Virus record (IMG/VR): IMGVR_UViG_3300040801_000976
Location: 64,787-128,786 of that record
From: a virus
DNA length: 64,000 nt
Strand: one strand, 5' to 3'
The translations under genes and the position numbers were made by a program. The first letter of the stretch is position 1. Every line of letters begins with the position of its first letter. Below the pieces are notes generated by a model that saw nothing but the letters and a program-made list of their open reading frames with translations, was not told the DNA's origin and did not search any database. This document shows, piece after piece, positions 60,329 through 64,000 of this stretch.

Positions 60329-61435
60329 TTAATTGTCTTTAGATTTAATTAGATTGGTGTCTTCTCTAAGAATATCAATCACCTGAGATATATCAACTAT
60401 ATGATTATCTTTATCAAAGTAAGAGTATTCTTTCATATAACTTGTTCCTGGCATAAATAACATTCTATCATAAGAATTATCTACACCGTCAGTATTTCTC
60501 ACTACATGCCATGATCTAAGTAAAATATTACCCTTTTTTGTAATATATAAATCTACATCACCATCAAAATATTTTACATTATTTTCAGCTAAAGGATTAT
60601 ATATACAAATACCTTTATTGGCAATATTTGCATAAGAACCAAGATGTCTTAAATGAGGTTCGGTATCTTTTACTGTTTTTATCATACCAGTGGTTGGAGG
60701 AACAATCACTACAGGTGTAATTTTATACCTTAAAACTAATTCTTTTAAATATTTTTGAAATCTGTTGTCTAATTCTCTACCATATATAGAACCATGGTCG
60801 TCTAAATCCGGTAGAAAATAATCTGTTGAATCTACAATTAGAATAGTTATAGCTTCTTCATAACCCTCATTAAATTTATATTTTTTGGTTTTTGAATCAA
60901 ATTCTCCTATTTGGTGCATGTAATCAGTAACAGTATTATAAATATCACTAGGTCTATGTTGACCATCAATTATATTTAATACTTGTTCATTAATTACTGT
61001 ATCAAAAAATTCCGATGAATTTTCAATGTCAGCTTGTATAGCGTCATCTTCATTAATATCATATAAACTGCCGACCTGACTATTTAAAGTAGGTATATCT
61101 ATTTGTTTATTATAAATTAATTTGATATAATTACACAAAAGGCTTTGTAACATTTTCATCTCCGAATTTTTCATAGAATAATAAAAAATCTTTAGTGGAG
61201 GTCTATTATGTTCTTCTCGATTATACCATTGATATAGTGTAGTAATAACATAATTTTGATTAATAAAAGAACTTACTCCTGAAGAAGGTAATCCTGTGAT
61301 AATTGTTGTTTGAGCCTGTGTTAAATTTCCTATAATTTTATTATACCTAGGTAATAATGGAAAAGAATAACCTTTAAACATATTACCTTTATTATATTCA
61401 ATAATACTTTTTAAATCTTCAAAAGTATATCTCAT
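60329..61435 (-). CDS. DnaB-like (SF4) helicase homologue with degenerate Walker A
   Basis: IITGLPSSGVSSF, IFYYSMK, ILIVD in DnaB motif order; catalytic Lys and Glu replaced. Confidence 0.65.
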   Translation of the reverse strand: MRYTFEDLKSIIEYNKGNMFKGYSFPLLPRYNKIIGNLTQAQTTIITGLPSSGVSSFINQNYVITTLYQWYNREEHNRPPLKIFYYSMKNSEMKMLQSLLCNYIKLIYNKQIDIPTLNSQVGSLYDINEDDAIQADIENSSEFFDTVINEQVLNIIDGQHRPSDIYNTVTDYMHQIGEFDSKTKKYKFNEGYEEAITILIVDSTDYFLPDLDDHGSIYGRELDNRFQKYLKELVLRYKITPVVIVPPTTGMIKTVKDTEPHLRHLGSYANIANKGICIYNPLAENNVKYFDGDVDLYITKKGNILLRSWHVVRNTDGVDNSYDRMLFMPGTSYMKEYSYFDKDNHIVDISQVIDILREDTNLIKSKDN

Positions 61436-62205
61436 AACATCGCGTCTCCTAATCTATCACTGTTTGATTCACTATCTTTTTGTTTCTTTTGATACTCCAT
61501 TATTTTGTTATTAACTAATTCATACATACCCTCATAGGAGTTTAAAAATTTATACGGTTTGGTCATAAATACCTTTTCTGTCTCATAGTCTATACATTCA
61601 TTGGCCCATGTATACGTAGCTTGTAGAAATATTCCTATATCACGTTTTCTATAAACCTCATAGAACTTTTTTACAACACGAATACTATTGTCCCATAAAG
61701 TCATACCATCGTATGATAAATTAAATTTTGTATTCCACTTTCTGTTTCTTTTTTTATCTTTATACGGAAACATAGATCTAAATATAATAAAATACCTAGA
61801 TACTGAAAGATCACCTTTAAAATATTCATCAGCTATTTCTTTCCGATAATCTTCTGTAAGAAACTCATCTAACACAAAACTTTTTTCCAAAGCATATGCT
61901 AAATTTAAAGTAAATTCATTACCTATTGGTTTAGAATTAAAGTTCAAATCCATAACCAATTGGTTAGCTTTTTTTAAATGAAACAGTAATGTTTGATTAA
62001 CCTTACCGCCAGGCTTTAATAAACCTTTATTATATAAACCATTCACTTCACTTGCAGATATATCGTATTCAATATTGTGTATAAGACATAGTAAATACAT
62101 TACCTGCTCTAACGATAAACTATGATCCTTTATTAATTCTTTTATACTAAAAAGAAATTCAGACCAGTTTTTTACTGTTTTTTCTTCTTTTTTTATTTCG
62201 TCCAT
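61432..62205 (-). CDS. hypothetical replication-module protein
   Basis: 257-aa ORF between polA and the DnaB-like gene. Confidence 0.65.
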   Translation of the reverse strand: MDEIKKEEKTVKNWSEFLFSIKELIKDHSLSLEQVMYLLCLIHNIEYDISASEVNGLYNKGLLKPGGKVNQTLLFHLKKANQLVMDLNFNSKPIGNEFTLNLAYALEKSFVLDEFLTEDYRKEIADEYFKGDLSVSRYFIIFRSMFPYKDKKRNRKWNTKFNLSYDGMTLWDNSIRVVKKFYEVYRKRDIGIFLQATYTWANECIDYETEKVFMTKPYKFLNSYEGMYELVNNKIMEYQKKQKDSESNSDRLGDAML

Positions 62206-62686
62206 CTATCTAAAATATCTGTATCTACTGTTAATAATCCTTTTTCCAAAAACATATCCGCCGCGTCGCACATAGCCTTTTCTTGAATAACCTTCCACTC
62301 TTTAACCCGATCCTTCGGACAAGAGGATAATATCTCATCGTGAACCGGTAAATGTATTTTTGCTGGAAATTTATACTCAATAATATAATTTCGTAATTTT
62401 ATCAACGCTATTTTTAACATTGAAGCATTAGCTTCTTGAATAGGAAAATTCTTACTCTCTCTACCAATTGCATTGAGTTCTCCTTCATTTAGTGGTGGAT
62501 GAAAAAATCTTATACGGTTTGTGGGTGGAAGACCTACTGTATAATTATCATTTTGACCCTCTGCCTCACTTTTATCAAAGAAAATTTTAAGTTGCGGGAA
62601 AGTGTCGAAAAATAACTTCATTAAATCTTTTGATTCTTCTTTGCTAATATCTAACCTATCAGCTAATCCTATATGGGTTAGTCCAT
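62193..62686 (-). CDS. polA: family A DNA polymerase, 3' exon
   Basis: (Y)GLTHIGLADRL, RESKNFPIQ, motif C VHDEIL; joins in frame to the upstream exon after intron removal. Confidence 0.93.
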
Positions 62687-62749
62687 CATATTTGTTAACA
62701 TACATATGTTTACTATGTATCTCTACAACTTATTTTATTATATTGTAGT

Positions 62750-63754
62750 TCAGACTATATCATCATTATAATAATTATCAGGTAAACATGATGTTAATCC
62801 TTTTGGGTTTTTAACCTTAATACCATCATATTTTTGAATATTATAACGTTCGGCGCTCGTGGAAGAATTATTGGTAGGTTCCTCATCTTCTAGTCGTTGG
62901 ACCTTCTTAGATACTTTTATACCGTTCCCTAAGCTTGGCTGCTGATTGTCCTTTTCAGGAGTTCCCAGCAATTCACCGAATTTTTCTTGCGCATAACTAT
63001 CCCATATTTGTTTTTTACGTTCCATATAAACTAAAGCATTTTTGTATAATTTATCACAAAAAATAAATCTTGAATTACCACTTACTGATAGTCTGTGGAC
63101 TGTAGTCGACTCTGAGAATAAACGAGAAATCACTCCTTCACTAGTTAAAAATCTTTGAAGTTGTTGTAAAAGAACTAGACTACCAGATGTAAATTTTAAA
63201 TTAATATAAAGTTTTTTATTTTTTATTTTAATTTTATTAAATCCACCATCCCCATCAAAATAACCTCTAACTATATCCCAATTAAATGGAATTTTTAACT
63301 CTATAATATTAGATTTATTAGGAATAACCCCGACAGTATTTATTAACCAGTTACTGGTAGGTTTGTGTCCAAACAAAATAGTATATTGTTTTTTATCTCT
63401 AGATTCATGAAGTGTAACATCATTACTTAAAAATTTACGATATTTTAACATGTGCTTTTTATTGATACCACCTTGCTTTAAACCAATACTGTGTTTTCTT
63501 GTATCTATCCAACCATCAGCTATTAACATACCAAGCCAATAATCTGCTTCAGGCGATCTACAAATAAAAGGATTATCTTTAATTTTTGCGTTTTTACCGC
63601 CCCTATTGTCAACATATAGACCGACTTCTTTTAAATATTTTACTGCTGTTTGTCTAGAACATATTCCTAGATGTTCTATTTGCGCAGCGTATTTTCCTTG
63701 TTTACCAAGATCAATTACTTTTGATTTTAATTTTGCTATTTCTGTTTTTGTCAT
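62750..63754 (-). CDS. intron-encoded double-motif LAGLIDADG homing endonuclease
   Basis: YWLGMLIADGWI and IVRGYFDGDGGF; ends LYKNALVYMERKK then reads through the ribozyme core. Confidence 0.88.
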   Translation of the reverse strand: MTKTEIAKLKSKVIDLGKQGKYAAQIEHLGICSRQTAVKYLKEVGLYVDNRGGKNAKIKDNPFICRSPEADYWLGMLIADGWIDTRKHSIGLKQGGINKKHMLKYRKFLSNDVTLHESRDKKQYTILFGHKPTSNWLINTVGVIPNKSNIIELKIPFNWDIVRGYFDGDGGFNKIKIKNKKLYINLKFTSGSLVLLQQLQRFLTSEGVISRLFSESTTVHRLSVSGNSRFIFCDKLYKNALVYMERKKQIWDSYAQEKFGELLGTPEKDNQQPSLGNGIKVSKKVQRLEDEEPTNNSSTSAERYNIQKYDGIKVKNPKGLTSCLPDNYYNDDIV

Positions 63755-63757
63755 ACT

Positions 63758-63770
63758 AATATTATAGTAA
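63758..63770 (-). promoter_or_regulatory. putative internal promoter element for the homing endonuclease
   Basis: TTACTATAATATT 3 nt before the ATG; identical to 34749-34761. Confidence 0.35.
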
Positions 63771-63814
63771 GTTTATTTAACATTTGAAATAACATAACTA
63801 AATATTTTTTATTT

Positions 63815-64000
63815 ACGCAAGCCCAAAAGTAATAGTTTTAGAAAATTTTCTTAATTTCTCGTGCTCCACGCATTTACACCTTTTACCTGTTTTTAGTTGT
63901 TCACAATCACTATCCGCTACATCTTTCCATTTATCTTTAAAAATTAAAGAAGCTGACATTGAATGTAAATCTTTTCCTTGTTTTACAGCATTTATAAACG
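63815..64000 (-). CDS. polA: family A DNA polymerase, upstream exon (continues beyond the window)
   Basis: FINAVKQGKDLHSMSASLIF...LRKFSKTITFGLA (DxH and motif B). Confidence 0.92.

Larger units (their letters stand above)
62687..63814 (-). mobile_element. group I self-splicing intron in polA motif B
   Basis: 5' splice site after U, terminal G; P AATTGCTGGGAA, Q AATCAGCAGCC, R CAACGACTA, S GATATAGTC; P3 TTCGGTG/CGCCGAA; P1 CTTGCGT/GCGCAAG; splicing restores KTITFGLAYG. Confidence 0.93.

Noticed and set aside
62687-62705. Annotated start MYVNKYD of the 170-aa polymerase ORF
   Set aside because: These codons are the intron 3' end; the ORF is an exon, not a separate gene.
1-64000. Stop-codon reassignment (TAG or TGA), common in some crAss-like phages
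   Set aside because: Very long ORFs are intact in code 11, TAG and TGA end genes at sensible boundaries, no suppressor tRNA is present, and the one internal stop seen is TAA in a pseudogene.
1-64000. CRISPR array, DGR or invertible-repeat system, integrase, inteins
   Set aside because: I saw no regularly spaced repeats, reverse transcriptase, integrase or intein splice motifs by eye; a self-dotplot would be needed to exclude subtle repeats.

Overview
This AT-rich window is part of a large lytic phage genome with crAss-like (Crassvirales-type) hallmarks and a probable Bacteroidota host. It reads in the standard code 11. The + strand (1-32.7 kb) is a virion-cargo/ejection block: a DUF192-like protein, a lytic transglycosylase, several small cargo-like proteins and three giant proteins, followed by a ferritin. 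The giants are 3180 aa (SF1 helicase-like core), 3805 aa (virion RNA polymerase with DYDID motif and a C-terminal HExxH zincin) and 1524 aa (PD-(D/E)xK nuclease-like domain). The - strand (32.7-64 kb) holds four tRNAs (Gln, Glu, Tyr, Lys) with structured non-coding spacers, an RNA-repair cluster, many small ORFs and two broken genes. It also carries nucleotide metabolism genes (dut, ung, phoH, thyX, class II RNR), GroEL, DNA ligase, primase, a recombinase, a degenerate DnaB and the 3' part of polA split by a group I intron encoding a LAGLIDADG endonuclease. Most striking: the three giant proteins contain only four cysteines in 8,509 residues, all at the termini that face each other in gene order, suggesting a head-to-tail linked ejection chain. 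All calls are by manual motif recognition; no searches were run.
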